Positions 33,599 through 45,465 of a stretch of DNA of 64,000 bases are shown piece by piece. Under the pieces are notes generated by a model. That model saw only the letters and a program-made list of their open reading frames with translations. It ran no database searches and was not told where the DNA came from. The position numbers were made by a program, and so were the translations under genes. The number at the start of each line of letters is the position of its first letter. The first letter of the stretch is position 1. The stretch lies in the NCBI RefSeq assembly GCF_003334335.1, contig NZ_QOWQ01000002.1; one strand, written 5' to 3'. This DNA comes from Escherichia coli (lineage in GTDB: Bacteria; Pseudomonadota; Gammaproteobacteria; Enterobacterales; Enterobacteriaceae).

Positions 33599-35188
33599 TC
33601 AGCTCAACGCCAGTAGCTGACGCGTATACTCCTGCTGCGGTGTGGCAAACACGCGCGCGCACGGTCCTTGTTCCACTACTTCCCCTTGTCGCAGTATGAT
33701 AACCTGATGACATAACGCGCGGACAACGTGCAAATCGTGGCTGATAAACAAATAGGCCAGTTGATGCTTTTGTTGCAATGATTTCAATAGCGTCAATATT
33801 TGCGCCTGTACCGTTTTGTCGAGTGATGATGTCGGTTCATCAAGTATGATCAGCGAGGGCTTAAGAATTAATGCCCTGGCAATCGCAATACGTTGTCGCT
33901 GACCACCAGAGAACTCCGCCGGATAACGGTGGCGTGTTTCAGGATCTAATCCCACTTCATGCATCACGGCTATCACTTGTTGTTCGCGTTGTGCGGCAGA
34001 AAGCGTCGGCTGGTGAACCCGTAAGCCTTCCTCAATAATCTGCAAAACGTTGAGTCGTGGGTTGAGCGAGGAGTTTGGATCCTGAAATACCACCTGAATG
34101 CGATGACGAATAGGTAACAGCTGGCGGCGATTTAAATTTTGCAGTGGCTGACCGTCAAAGATGATGCTGCCCTGAGAATTAATCAGTCGCAGCAGCGCCA
34201 GTCCCGTCGTACTTTTCCCGGAACCGGACTCGCCCACTAAACCCAGTGTTTCACCCGCTCGTAGCGTAAAACTGATGTTTTTCACCACCACATTATGATC
34301 CACAATGCGCTTCAAAATCCCTTTGCGAATGGGGAAGGCAACCTGAAGCTGTTCAACATCCAGCAACGTTGAGGCAGGTTCTGGCAACGGCACTGGATCG
34401 CCTGACGGTTCACTGTTGAGTAGCTTTTGTGTGTAAGGATGAGTGGGTGATGCAAATAGCGTAGCGGCGTAATTTTGCTCGACACAGCGACCGTTTTGCA
34501 TTACCGCCACGCGGTGGGCCAGTTTTCTGACAATGCTGAGGTTATGAGTAATAAACAGCATGCCCATATTCAGCTCGCCTTGCAGTTCGCGCAACAGCTG
34601 TAAAATCTGCGCCTGGACAGAGACGTCCAGTGCGGTGGTCGGTTCATCGGCAATTAATAATTCCGGTCGCGTTAACAGCGCCATCGCAATCATCACCCGC
34701 TGCCGTTCGCCGCCGGAGAGCTGATGCGGATAATCTGTCAGCCGTTTTGCCGCCTGGCGGATACCAACGCGATCAAGGCAGTTAAGAATTTCGCCACGAG
34801 CCGCTTCCCGACGCATCCCGCGGTGGAGTGAAAGCACTTCATAAAGCTGTTTTTCCAGGGTATGCAATGGATTTAACGACACCATCGGTTCCTGAAAAAT
34901 CATGGCGATCTTATTACCGCGTACACCGCGCAACGTTTGATCGCTGGCGTGAAGCAGCGATTCGCCATGAAAACGAATATCGCCGGAGAGATATTCAACC
35001 GGCGGGGAAGGGAGCAGGCGTAAAATTGACAGCGCGGTAACGCTTTTGCCTGAACCTGACTCACCCACCAGCGCCAGCGTTTCGCCAGCCTCAATCTGTA
35101 GTGAAACATCATTGACTACTGTACGTACGGTTTGCTGATGGCGAAAACCCACCGACAAATTTTCAATCGCTAACAGAGTTTGCGTCAT
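33599..35188 (-). CDS. yejF: oligopeptide/microcin C ABC transporter ATP-binding protein YejF (two ABC domains)
   Basis: Track ORF 33599..35236; I use the ATG at 35188 (MTQTLLAIENLSVGF..., 529 aa); duplicated Walker A (GESGSGKS x2) and signatures (LSGGERQR, FSGGQRQR). Confidence 0.92.
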   Translation of the reverse strand: MTQTLLAIENLSVGFRHQQTVRTVVNDVSLQIEAGETLALVGESGSGKSVTALSILRLLPSPPVEYLSGDIRFHGESLLHASDQTLRGVRGNKIAMIFQEPMVSLNPLHTLEKQLYEVLSLHRGMRREAARGEILNCLDRVGIRQAAKRLTDYPHQLSGGERQRVMIAMALLTRPELLIADEPTTALDVSVQAQILQLLRELQGELNMGMLFITHNLSIVRKLAHRVAVMQNGRCVEQNYAATLFASPTHPYTQKLLNSEPSGDPVPLPEPASTLLDVEQLQVAFPIRKGILKRIVDHNVVVKNISFTLRAGETLGLVGESGSGKSTTGLALLRLINSQGSIIFDGQPLQNLNRRQLLPIRHRIQVVFQDPNSSLNPRLNVLQIIEEGLRVHQPTLSAAQREQQVIAVMHEVGLDPETRHRYPAEFSGGQRQRIAIARALILKPSLIILDEPTSSLDKTVQAQILTLLKSLQQKHQLAYLFISHDLHVVRALCHQVIILRQGEVVEQGPCARVFATPQQEYTRQLLALS

Positions 35189-35189
35189 G

Positions 35190-36215
35190 CTACACCGCCT
35201 TATTAGGATCAAATGCGTCGCGGACGGCTTCACCAATAAAGATCAGCAAAGACAATAATATCGCCACCGACAAGAAGGCGGTGATCCCAAGCCACGGGGC
35301 CTGAAGGTTATTTTTCCCTTGTAACAGCAGTTCACCGAGTGACGGTGAACCGAGCGGTAGACCGAAGCCGAGGAAATCGAGCGAGGTCAGGGTGGTTATC
35401 GAACTACATAAAATAAACGGTAAAAAGGTGAGGGTCGCGACCATGGCATTAGGCAACATATGACGCAGGATGATACTGCGATCGCTGACGCCAAGCGCCT
35501 GTGCCGCACGAATGTAGTCGAAATTACGAGTACGTAAAAACTCCGCCCGCACCACGCCGACCAGACTCATCCAGCCAAACAAGACAGTAATTGCCAGCAG
35601 CCACCAGAAGTTAGGCTGTACGACGCTGGAAAGTAAAATAATCAAAAACAGCGTCGGCATCCCCGACCATACTTCAATAAAGCGTTGTCCCCAGAGATCG
35701 ACTTTACCGCCGTAATAGCCTTGTAGCGCCCCCGCCAGCACGCCCATCACGCTGGAACAGAGAGTCAGCATCAGGCCAAACAGAACCGAGATCCGCGTGC
35801 CATAGAGAATGCGTGCCAGCACATCGCCGCCGTTGGCATCCGTTCCCAGCCAGTTTTGCCGGGAGGGTGGAGAAGGGAAGGGCTTATCGGTAGCAAAGTT
35901 GATACTGGTAGCACCAAAGCGAATCGGTGCCCACAGTACCCAGCCGTTATTTTCCAGCCGTTGTTTCAGCCACGGGTCCTGATAATCAGCCTGACTTGCC
36001 AGCGGGCCGCCAAAATCGCTTTCGCTGTAGTTTTTCAATAACGGGAAATACCAACTGCCGTCATAACGCACCAGCAACGGTTTATCGTTGGCGATAAGTT
36101 CAGAACACAAACTCAAACCAAACAAGACGAGGAAAATCCATAACGACCAGTAGCCGCGACGGTTATGACGAAAACGCGCCCAACGGGCCTGATTGACGGG
36201 GCTGAGTCGCGACAT
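35190..36215 (-). CDS. yejE: ABC transporter permease YejE
   Basis: 341-aa membrane ORF; stop is adjacent to yejF start. Confidence 0.92.
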   Translation of the reverse strand: MSRLSPVNQARWARFRHNRRGYWSLWIFLVLFGLSLCSELIANDKPLLVRYDGSWYFPLLKNYSESDFGGPLASQADYQDPWLKQRLENNGWVLWAPIRFGATSINFATDKPFPSPPSRQNWLGTDANGGDVLARILYGTRISVLFGLMLTLCSSVMGVLAGALQGYYGGKVDLWGQRFIEVWSGMPTLFLIILLSSVVQPNFWWLLAITVLFGWMSLVGVVRAEFLRTRNFDYIRAAQALGVSDRSIILRHMLPNAMVATLTFLPFILCSSITTLTSLDFLGFGLPLGSPSLGELLLQGKNNLQAPWLGITAFLSVAILLSLLIFIGEAVRDAFDPNKAV

Positions 36216-37309
36216 TAACGTCCCTCAAAATCAATACGCGGATCAACCAGCGTATAGCTGATATCACTGACAATATTCAGCAGCAGGCCAATCAGGGTGA
36301 AAATATACAAGGTACCAAACATTACAGGATAATCGCGCGAGACGGTCGCTTCGTAGCCCAGTAAGCCCAGACCATTGAGTGAAAACATCACCTCAATCAG
36401 CAGCGAGCCGGTAAAAAACATGCTGATAAACGTCGCCGGAAAACCGGCAATCACCAGCAGCATGGCGTTGCGGAACACATGTTTCCAGAGAATATTTTTT
36501 TCACTTACCCCTTTCGCACGCGCGGTCACCACGTATTGCTTGCGCACTTCATCAAGGAATGAGTTTTTTGTCAGCATGGTCAGCGCCGCAAAGCCACCAA
36601 TCACTGTCGCCAGCACCGGCAGCGTGATATGCCACAGATAATCGGTGATTTTCTGATACCACGGCAGCGAATCAAAGTTAGCGGAAACCAGGCCGCGTAG
36701 AGGGAACAGGTCGAAATAGCTGCCGCCCGCGAAGAAGACAATCAGCAGGATGGCAAACAAAAAGGCCGGAATGGCGTAGCCGATGATGATAAATGCGCTA
36801 CTCCAGACGTCAAAGCGGCTCCCATTATAAACAGCTTTGCGAATGCCTAACGGAATCGACACCAGATAGATAATCAGCGTGCTCCACAATCCGAGGGTGA
36901 TGGAAACCGGCAGACTGTCTTTAATCAGCGTCAGCACCGAGGCGCTGCGAAACAGGCTATCGCCAAAATCAAAGCGGATGTAGTCCCAGAGCATTTTGAA
37001 GTAACGTTCGTGGATCGGCTTATCAAAACCGTAGCGATGAGTGATCTCAGCGATCACTTCTGGATCTAATCCGCGTCCGCCACGGTAATTACTGTCGCTG
37101 ATATTGCCGACACCCGTTTGCGCATGGCTGGCACGAACACCTTCACCGCCTGCGCCGGGTAATACTCCGGCATTACCAAACTCAATGGCGGCGATGGCCT
37201 GGTCGACCGGACCGCCAGGCGCAATTTGCACGATGAAAAAGTTGATGGTGATAATCGCCCATAATGTTGGGATCACCAGCAACAGACGGCGAATCAGGTA
37301 AGCGCCCAT
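36215..37309 (-). CDS. yejB: ABC transporter permease YejB
   Basis: 364-aa membrane ORF; 1-nt overlap with yejE. Confidence 0.92.
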
Positions 37310-39124
37310 CTACTCTCCCTGTTTGCTGGCGGACGGCAGTTTGGCCGCTTTATTGACGTCATACCACCAGGTATCGATACCGAGGCTATAGATGGGGCGC
37401 ACGGCCGGCTGGGAGAATTTATCCCACCAGGCGAGACGGTCTTCCGCCATGTACCACATTGGCAGCATGTAATAATTCCACGTTAATACGCGATCCAGTG
37501 CTCGCCCCAACGGCAGTAATTTTTCTTTATTTCCCTGCGCGGCAATAATTTGGTTGATCTGCGAGTCGATAACCGGGCTTTGCACGCCGGGGGCATTATA
37601 AGTGGAATTGATATATTCCGATGACCAGGAAATCTGTAAATCGGAACTGGGCCACGGCATCGCCCGCCATACGCGCGGCATCATGTCATAGTCGCGACTG
37701 CGCATGCGGTTAGTGATTTGCGAGTTATCCACCTTGCGAATGTCCATGTTGATACCCAGCCGTTGCAGGCTGTGCTGGAACGGCAATACCCACTGACTAT
37801 TGCTGCTTGCGGGAAGCAATAATTCAAAGCTGAGTGGCTGACCCGTTGTGGCATTAACGCGTTGCTGACCCTTCAGCACCCAGCCCGCTTCGTTGAGAAG
37901 TTTGTCGGCTTTTAACAGGTTGTCACGATCGTAGCCATCGCCTTTGGATACCGGCGGCTGGTAGATTTGTGTGAAGACTTCTGACGGTAGATCTTTTTTC
38001 ATTGGTGCCAGAAGCACCAGCTCCGCGGCGTCGGGGTAATTTCTGGCCGCGTATTCGGTATTCTGAAAATAACTGTTCGTGCGACTCCAGGCATTGTAAA
38101 ACAACGCCTTGTTCATCCATTCAAAGTCAAAGGCGAGAGTGATAGCTTCCCGGACCCGGCGATCGCTGAATACCGGACGTTGGATATTAAACGCCAGCCA
38201 ACGCGTATCCTGGGCTGATTCGTTCTTTTGCTCATCTTTGATGATGTATTTTTTATCGAAATTTTTACCGGTATAACGCGTGGCCCAGTTTTTGACGTCG
38301 TTTTCCATACGCAAATCAAAGGCACCTGCTTTAAACGCTTCAAAGGCGACATTATCATCGAGGTAATAATCGTAGCGAATGGTGTCGAAATTCCAGCGTC
38401 CACGGTTTACCGGTAAGTTTGCTGCCCAGTAATCTTTCACACGGGAATAGACAATATTTTGCCCCATTTTCCAGGACGTAACGCGGTACGGACCACTGGC
38501 AAGCGGAGGCGTGGCGAGCGGGTCGCTAAGTTTGTGATCCTTCCAGTACTTTTCTGGAAATACCGGCAGCGAAAACAGACTCAGCATATCTTCTTTGCCG
38601 GGTTTAGCTAACTCAATGCGCACGGTTAACGGTGCAATGGCTTTGACGGTGGTGCCTTTGTAGACCAGACGAAATTGCGGCACGCCTTCGGTCATAAATT
38701 TTTGAAAAGTAAACTCTACATCGCGGGCAGTAATGGGCGAACCATCATGAAAACGGGCGCGCGGATTAATAGCGACCTCCACCCAGGAATAATCGTCAGC
38801 ATAGCGTGCGCTTTCAGCAATCAGCGGGTAATAACTGCCTGGTTCGTCATCGGAAGTCGTAAATAGCGTGTCGTACAGCTGCTCGGTGCGTGCGCCCGGG
38901 TTGCCGCGCAGTGCATAGCGGTTGAAATTATCGAAGGTGCCGAGGGCTGACAACGTTATCTGCCCACCTTTTGGCGCGGCGGGGTTCACATAATCAAAAT
39001 GGTTGAAATTAAACGCGTACCGGGGTTCGCCCAGCACGGCAAAGGCATAGCTTTCCTTGATAGCCTGCGCCTGCACACCAAAGGTGAACAGAGCGATAAA
39101 CAGCAGCAGTATGCGCACAATCAT
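37310..39124 (-). CDS. yejA: periplasmic substrate-binding protein YejA
   Basis: Track ORF starts with TTG at 39130; I use the ATG at 39124 ([21 protein letters not shown] signal peptide, 604 aa). Confidence 0.9.
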
Positions 39125-39205
39125 CTGCAACGGATTTCCTTTTACTCATCATTAGCCGCAATCCGGCATGCTTTCACTATGAATAATAAGGGACGTAAGC
39201 ACACC

Positions 39206-40762
39206 TTACCACTGCGGCGTATACGGTTTCTTTAGCCAGCGAACAAAATCGTCCAGCGGTAACGGGCGGCTAATCCAGTAGCCTTGCATGAAATTAACGC
39301 CGCGTTCGCTTAGCCATCGCGCCTGTTCCGGCGTTTCGACCCCTTCAGCAACCGTCAGCATATTGAGGCGTTTCGCCAGCGTCAGCACCGCGTCAAGTAC
39401 GGGGGAAGTGATCGTTTCCGTACCGATGGCGTTGATAAATCCACGGTCAATTTTCAGATAATCGAGCGTAAAACGCTCAAGATAGATAAGCGCGCTGTGC
39501 CCGGTGCCGAAGTCATCAATAGCAATTTCTACGCCGACCGAGTGCAGCCAGGCGAAGAGTTGTGTGGCTTCTTGCTCTTTCAACATATCGCGCTCGGTAA
39601 TTTCCAGCACAATCTGGAAATGGTGTGCGGGCAGGGAAGTGAGCAGTTTCTGGATATCTGCTTTAAAGCTTTCGCTGTGCAGATGGTCCGGCGCAATGTT
39701 AATACCAAATTTGACGCCTACCGGCAGCACTTTTTCTAATTCTGCGGCATCGCGGGCAATTAACTCAAACAGGTGCTGAGTCAGCGGCACAATCATCTTT
39801 TGCGATTCGGCAAAGTTAATGAAGGCATCCGGGGGAATTTCTCCCGCGACAGGATGCCGCCAGCGTAGCAGTACTTCCAGGCCCGTTACTCGCAAAGCTT
39901 GTGTATCCACCACCGGTTGATACGCCACGTAAAATTGTTCGCGCTTGATGGCGGTCATGATTTCTCTGCCGGGGCGCATACGTACGCTCATCAGGTAATA
40001 GCAGAGCAGGCCAACGACAGTTCCACTCATGCCGCCCAGTAAAAATGCGTACCACACATCGTTCCATGTCCAGTCATCTGCATAAAGCCGAACGGTCAGA
40101 GGAATGCCCGCAATTTTAGTTTCACGGACTGGCATGTCGGTTAATTCGTTAACGTTCATCAAACGTGAAGAAAAGGTAGATAGCGCAGTATTGCCAATAA
40201 TGAGGGCGACGCCATCGTAATCTTCCTGCCGTGAACTATAAAAGAGTGAAGGCGTCAGGTTGAGATTCAGAGCGGCAAAGACGCCGCTATTTTTCAGCAA
40301 AGGGTTGCGATACCAGATGACGATTGCGGGTTTGTTCGGCACCATCGGCGTGCCGGGTAAGATCGCCATATCGACGTTTTTATTAATGTCGAGCGCCGGA
40401 ATCAATTCATTGAGTGGAATGTCCATCTCACCGGTCGCAGATGAACAGAATGTTTTTTTATCTTTCACCAGCACAAACGTTCGGACATTCATGCTAAACG
40501 CTGCGCGGGCGGTCAGTTCGGGGTTAGCTTGCTGGCAGGTATCTAAGGTCAGCGGCTGGAGCCGGTCAGTAGTGGATTTCAGGTCGGCAAAATAGGTATC
40601 GAGATACTTTTGTACGTCGGTAATCAGTGTGTCGTATTTGACTTCGTGCTTATGCCAGGCCACTAAAAACTGAAGGCAACTCACCAGTATCGCAATCATT
40701 ACGCCTGCAACAATGCAGGTAAGCAGGAGCTTACGTCCAAAATTGGGAGCGCGTATGAACAT
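39206..40762 (-). CDS. rtn: EAL-domain membrane protein Rtn (c-di-GMP phosphodiesterase family)
   Basis: 518-aa ORF with N-terminal TM/periplasmic region and C-terminal EAL domain. Confidence 0.9.
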   Translation of the reverse strand: MFIRAPNFGRKLLLTCIVAGVMIAILVSCLQFLVAWHKHEVKYDTLITDVQKYLDTYFADLKSTTDRLQPLTLDTCQQANPELTARAAFSMNVRTFVLVKDKKTFCSSATGEMDIPLNELIPALDINKNVDMAILPGTPMVPNKPAIVIWYRNPLLKNSGVFAALNLNLTPSLFYSSRQEDYDGVALIIGNTALSTFSSRLMNVNELTDMPVRETKIAGIPLTVRLYADDWTWNDVWYAFLLGGMSGTVVGLLCYYLMSVRMRPGREIMTAIKREQFYVAYQPVVDTQALRVTGLEVLLRWRHPVAGEIPPDAFINFAESQKMIVPLTQHLFELIARDAAELEKVLPVGVKFGINIAPDHLHSESFKADIQKLLTSLPAHHFQIVLEITERDMLKEQEATQLFAWLHSVGVEIAIDDFGTGHSALIYLERFTLDYLKIDRGFINAIGTETITSPVLDAVLTLAKRLNMLTVAEGVETPEQARWLSERGVNFMQGYWISRPLPLDDFVRWLKKPYTPQW

Positions 40763-40865
40763 GATTCCGTTAATTTCCTGAAATTACGACAACATTTAAA
40801 AGATAACAATGACCGGACTATAGCCTGGATCAAGACGCGGAAACATCATTTTCTCTGATGAATGA

Positions 40866-40894
40866 AAACAAAAAAGCACTGCCTAAGCAGTGCT
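40866..40894 (-). terminator. rho-independent terminator of mepS
   Basis: On minus strand agcactgc-ttag-gcagtgct hairpin followed by TTTTTTGTTTT. Confidence 0.8.
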
Positions 40895-40942
40895 TTCAGT
40901 TAACTCGTCAGGATAGCCAAGGGATTGCATCCAAACGGTTTA

Positions 40943-41509
40943 TTAGCTGCGGCTGAGAACCCGGCGTGCTTCGTTGTAACGCTTCTTCCAGTACGGTTCA
41001 TTCATGCTGGAAATAATAACACCACTGCTGGTGGAAGCATGGACAAACTGATTGTTGCCGATATAAATACCGACATGGCGTCCCGTTGAACCGGCACGGA
41101 ACAGAACTAAATCACCCGTACGCAAATTACTGCGGGAAACAGATTTACCCATTTCCTGCTGTTCGTAAGTCGAACGCGGAAGTTCTAAGCCAAATTGCTC
41201 ACGGAATGTACGCTGTACGAAACCAGAACAATCGATACCTTTTTTAGTGCTGCCGCCCAGACGATAACGTACGCCTTTCCAGTCAGCATACTGATCCATA
41301 ATTCGCGATTTTACGTCGACATTACGAACCAGGTTTTCAAATTCATCCTGAGAAGCTTGCAGTGATGATGTTTCACTACCCACTGCACGTGTCTCAGGAT
41401 GCATATTCTTTGCGGTGTTATTTGCACTACATGCAGAAAGCAGAACCGCTACTGCAATCGCGGGAATCCCGCGCAAGATATATCTCAAAATCGGTTGAGA
41501 TTTGACCAT
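40943..41509 (-). CDS. mepS: peptidoglycan DD-endopeptidase / LD-carboxypeptidase MepS (Spr), NlpC/P60 lipoprotein
   Basis: 188-aa ORF with lipobox (LLSACS) and NlpC/P60 catalytic Cys (DCSGF). Confidence 0.93.
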
Positions 41510-41920
41510 GTTGTTTGTTTTCCCTTGAAGTCCTTAACGACAAATATCGTTATAAAAAAATGCCAAGCGACACGAGACTAATTACCTGGGCATGTTGAAA
41601 CAATTCCTTAAGGCCAAATCTGTGGACTAACGCACAAAATTATATGCTGTGAGGATAATCTACCGCCGAGGCAAAACGAGTTCGAGATTACCCGATTGGT
41701 GCGGTCTTGGCGAGCGGTTTTACATGATTTTTTATAAGAAAAAGTGATACAGAAAGTTAATAAGCGGGGTTGGTCAATTAAAGTACAATTGAGTGAAACG
41801 CATGCAATCCATTCATTTACTTAGAGAATGATTTTTGCGTTCGATAGATGAAAGCACGGTGCGCATCATCAGGATTATCCTCACTATAAAAATAACCCTG
41901 ATGATGTTAATTACTGTGAG

Positions 41921-42634
41921 TTATTTGTTTTGGAAATGTTTGTTTTTTCCTGGTAGTGATTTGTCAAAAAAGGTGATTAATCGATCACTTAATGGCGTCA
42001 GCAACACCCAGGGCAAACCGATCAATATCACGGTCATCGAACCGACAATGATGTCAGTAAACCAGTGTGCGCCAATCATTACTCTGGGAAATGCAAAAAC
42101 CACAAAAATAATAAGGGCGATAAGGCCTGCAACTTTGCCGAAATAACGCCACATGAATGCCGAAAAAATAAGCAGCATCATGCCGTGATCGCCGGGAAAG
42201 CTATCTCGTGAGGCATCTTTCGTGGGAACAGAGAGCAGTTCGCTGACGCGGTTAATATCGGTAAAAGTCAATGTTGGGCTGGCCCGTTTTACAGGAATTA
42301 ATGCCTGACCCAGCTGGTTTAATACCACTGCAGTTAATAGCATGACCAGACCAATAATCACGATACGTCGTCTGCCAGGGGCGTTTTCTTTCAGCCAGAA
42401 ACTCAGCATCAACATACCCATCGCCAGCAGTGAACAACCGTCGAAGGCGCGATTGTTGGTCAATGCAACCAGCCACAAAAAGGCCTTACTTTCGACCAGT
42501 TTCTGATTAAAGAAATAAAAAATATCCGCATCAATCGGCAACCAGAATCCATGATTAACGGGGATATACCAGGAAAGAAACAGCGCGAGGCCGACAATAT
42601 TCAACAACACTATTTGCGGCAAATTTTTAATCAT
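41921..42634 (-). CDS. lpxT: lipid A 1-diphosphate synthase / undecaprenyl-pyrophosphate phosphotransferase LpxT
   Basis: Track ORF 41921..42670; I use the ATG at 42634 (MIKNLPQIVLLN..., 237 aa); PAP2 phosphatase family membrane protein. Confidence 0.88.
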   Translation of the reverse strand: MIKNLPQIVLLNIVGLALFLSWYIPVNHGFWLPIDADIFYFFNQKLVESKAFLWLVALTNNRAFDGCSLLAMGMLMLSFWLKENAPGRRRIVIIGLVMLLTAVVLNQLGQALIPVKRASPTLTFTDINRVSELLSVPTKDASRDSFPGDHGMMLLIFSAFMWRYFGKVAGLIALIIFVVFAFPRVMIGAHWFTDIIVGSMTVILIGLPWVLLTPLSDRLITFFDKSLPGKNKHFQNK

Positions 42635-42672
42635 ATTTTCTCTAATTATCTTACTGAAAAACGCAGGCAACC

Positions 42673-43659
42673 TTACGCGGTAGTCGCTAAACGAAGCTTC
42701 AACAGCGCGCTCTGCAAGGCATTCCAGTCAGCTTCGCTGCTGGAAATCAGCTCAATACGGCTGTCCGGTGGCGCAACGTTTTGCGTTTCAATGTGCAGGT
42801 CATCGCCCTGACGGTTGATTCGCACCAGCCCTTCGGGAATACGCAGCACGCCTTTGACGCGTTCCACCGGTGCAAGTCGCGCCCATTCCAGAATGCCAAT
42901 GGTGTCGAATACCGTATCAGCGTCGAATATCCAGCCGCAGGCCTGATATCCTTGCCCGCTGTTCAGACTGCGACGCCAGCGTTGATGCTCTGGCAGGCTT
43001 AACGCTGCTAACCCTTTTTTCACGACATGCTGATGAGAATGCGCGGCGCTGGCGGGCAACTCGGCTAAATTGCGACGCGGCAAATCCAGAAGATGACCGT
43101 CAACTTTCCCATGCTCACTGTGAATTAATTGTCGATCGCCACCATTTTGCTGCCACCAACGCTGTAGCGCTTGCTCACTTTCGGGCGTCGTACGGTCGGA
43201 TTTATTGGCGACAATGATGTCTGCGGCAGCCAGCTGGTCACGGAAGTTTTCATTGCTGGCGCTTTTTTCGTCCAGCAGCAAGCGCGGATCGAGAATGCAC
43301 AAGGTGGCGCGCAGATCTATCCACGGTTCATAGACTGGTGCGGTTAACAGATCGAGGATCTGTTTCGGATGGCCCAGCCCGGTCGGCTCTATCAACAAGC
43401 GGTCTGGTTTTCCCTGACGCAGTAAGGTATTCAACCCTACCTGCATGGGTAAACCATTAACGCAGCACATGCAGCCGCCGGGGATCTCTTTCAGCAATGC
43501 GCCGCTATCGGCGAGCAAAGCACCATCAATTCCGACTTCCCCAAATTCATTAACCAGTACCGCCCATTTTTCGTTGGGATCTTTATGGGCTAACAGATGA
43601 AGAATCGACGTGGTTTTCCCGCTGCCGAGAAAACCGGTGATGAGGTTGGTCCTGGTCAC
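42673..43659 (-). CDS. yeiR: zinc-binding GTPase YeiR (CobW/COG0523 family)
   Basis: 328-aa ORF with GFLGSGKTT P-loop and CxCC motif (GGCMCC). Confidence 0.9.
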   Translation of the reverse strand: MTRTNLITGFLGSGKTTSILHLLAHKDPNEKWAVLVNEFGEVGIDGALLADSGALLKEIPGGCMCCVNGLPMQVGLNTLLRQGKPDRLLIEPTGLGHPKQILDLLTAPVYEPWIDLRATLCILDPRLLLDEKSASNENFRDQLAAADIIVANKSDRTTPESEQALQRWWQQNGGDRQLIHSEHGKVDGHLLDLPRRNLAELPASAAHSHQHVVKKGLAALSLPEHQRWRRSLNSGQGYQACGWIFDADTVFDTIGILEWARLAPVERVKGVLRIPEGLVRINRQGDDLHIETQNVAPPDSRIELISSSEADWNALQSALLKLRLATTA

Positions 43660-43776
43660 AACGGCTCCGCAATACTCTGGTAAGTTAACTGAGCGTTAAT
43701 CCTGGCTAAAAAAGGCAGAAAAGAGAAGGGGAGAGCGGACGAAGGTGAGCTTCATCCGCTTTAACCGCAGAAATCG

Positions 43777-45243
43777 TTAAATTTTGAGGGTGTTTAATAG
43801 CGCCTGATGTGCGCCGAATTGTACGATTTGTTGCCAGGCTTGTTCGATGGCCTGCACAAAATGCGGGTTATCTGGCAGATCATCACCGAAAACTTCACGC
43901 AGGGAAAGCAGGGCGGTTACGCGTTGTTCACTGCTGCTGCCCGCAACAAGTTCGCGAATTTTATCGCTAAGCGGATCGCGAACATCAATGGCATTTCCGG
44001 CATCATCAACGCCGCTGACGTAACGCATCCAGCCTGCAACGCCTAATGCCAGCAACGACCAGTCCGTTTCGCGCCCCTGATGTATGCGAATACCTGCCAG
44101 CATGCGTTGCGGTAATTTCTGGCTGCCATCCATCGCGATTTGCCAGGTCTTATGTTTCAGCGCCGGATTAGCAAAACGTGCAATTAACTTATCCGCATAT
44201 TGTGTTAAATCGACATCTTTAATTTGCAGTGTCGGCGCTTGCTCATCCAGCATTAATGTTCTGGCGGCATGGCGAAATGCGCGATCCTGCATGCAATCAC
44301 TGATATGGGCGAATCCTGAGAGGTAACCCAGATAAGCGAGAAAAGAGTGGCTGCCATTAAGCATCCGCAGTTTCATCTCTTCCCATGGCAGGACATCATT
44401 CACCATTTGTACACCTGCGACTTCCCAGGCAGGACGCCCAGCGACGAAGTTATCTTCCACCACCCACTGGATAAACGGTTCGCAGCTAATCGCGCAGGGA
44501 TCATTCACCCCCAGATGCTGGCTGATTTCCACCAGTGATTCGTCGGTTGCAGCCGGAACAATGCGGTCGACCATGGTTCCCGGAAAACTGACGTGCTCTT
44601 TTATCCACCCGGCGAGTTCTGGCGAACGTTTTTCTGCCATTCCCAGCACCGCGTTTTTCACCACATGACCATTGTCGGGAATATTGTCGCAGGAGAGCAC
44701 GGTAAACGGTGTAAGGCCGCGCTCACGGCGGCGTTTCAGTGCTTCGACGAGAATACCCGGTGCGGAGTGAGGTTCTTCAGGGGTTTGTAGATCGTGAATA
44801 ATCCGCGGATTACTGGTGTCGAGTGCACCGGTGGCCGGGTCAATACAATAGCCTTTTTCGGTAATCGTCAGGGAAACAATTGCCACCTGTGGCTCGCAAA
44901 ATTTCTCAATAATTGCCGCTAAGGAATCCAGTTTTGCATTAAGGCATTCGTGAACGGCACCGACAATTATCACCTGATTGCCGTCCGCACCTTTCTCCAG
45001 CACGGTATATAAATGGTTCTGTGCGCGGAGCTGGCTCATCAGTTGATCACCGCTGAACAAGCTGATTTCACAGATCCCCCAGTCGCCGCCCTGGGCATTC
45101 AGCACACGATCGGTCAGTAACGCCTGATGAGCGCGGTGAAAGGCTCCAAAGCCAAAATGAACGATACGTGATTGCAACTGCTGGCGATCATAGCGTGGAG
45201 CGTGTACATGATGCGGGAGCGTAACGGAGGCGATTGTATTCAT
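43777..45243 (-). CDS. yeiQ: mannitol dehydrogenase family oxidoreductase YeiQ
   Basis: Track ORF 43777..45252; I use the ATG at 45243 (MNTIASVTLPHH..., 488 aa). Confidence 0.88.
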   Translation of the reverse strand: MNTIASVTLPHHVHAPRYDRQQLQSRIVHFGFGAFHRAHQALLTDRVLNAQGGDWGICEISLFSGDQLMSQLRAQNHLYTVLEKGADGNQVIIVGAVHECLNAKLDSLAAIIEKFCEPQVAIVSLTITEKGYCIDPATGALDTSNPRIIHDLQTPEEPHSAPGILVEALKRRRERGLTPFTVLSCDNIPDNGHVVKNAVLGMAEKRSPELAGWIKEHVSFPGTMVDRIVPAATDESLVEISQHLGVNDPCAISCEPFIQWVVEDNFVAGRPAWEVAGVQMVNDVLPWEEMKLRMLNGSHSFLAYLGYLSGFAHISDCMQDRAFRHAARTLMLDEQAPTLQIKDVDLTQYADKLIARFANPALKHKTWQIAMDGSQKLPQRMLAGIRIHQGRETDWSLLALGVAGWMRYVSGVDDAGNAIDVRDPLSDKIRELVAGSSSEQRVTALLSLREVFGDDLPDNPHFVQAIEQAWQQIVQFGAHQALLNTLKI

Positions 45244-45465
45244 AGGAGTCACGTCTTAGTAACGATTAATTAACAACGACAGTGTAAAGTTATATGACAG
45301 CAATTGAAATTGGTCTGGATTGTTAATGCGATGAAGTGTGAGGGCGATCAATCAACGAGTGAAAATTGAGGGCGTAAGGTGTTCAGGAAGCGCAAAATAG
45401 AAGATTGGTATAATAAATTAAAAAAGGGACAGCCTGAGCTATCCCTTTTCTGCATGCGGCTGAAG

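Noticed and set aside
33599-39124. yejABEF as a candidate novel peptide or antibiotic import system
   Set aside because: This is the known oligopeptide/microcin C ABC importer of E. coli; gene lengths and order match my recollection of the K-12 operon.
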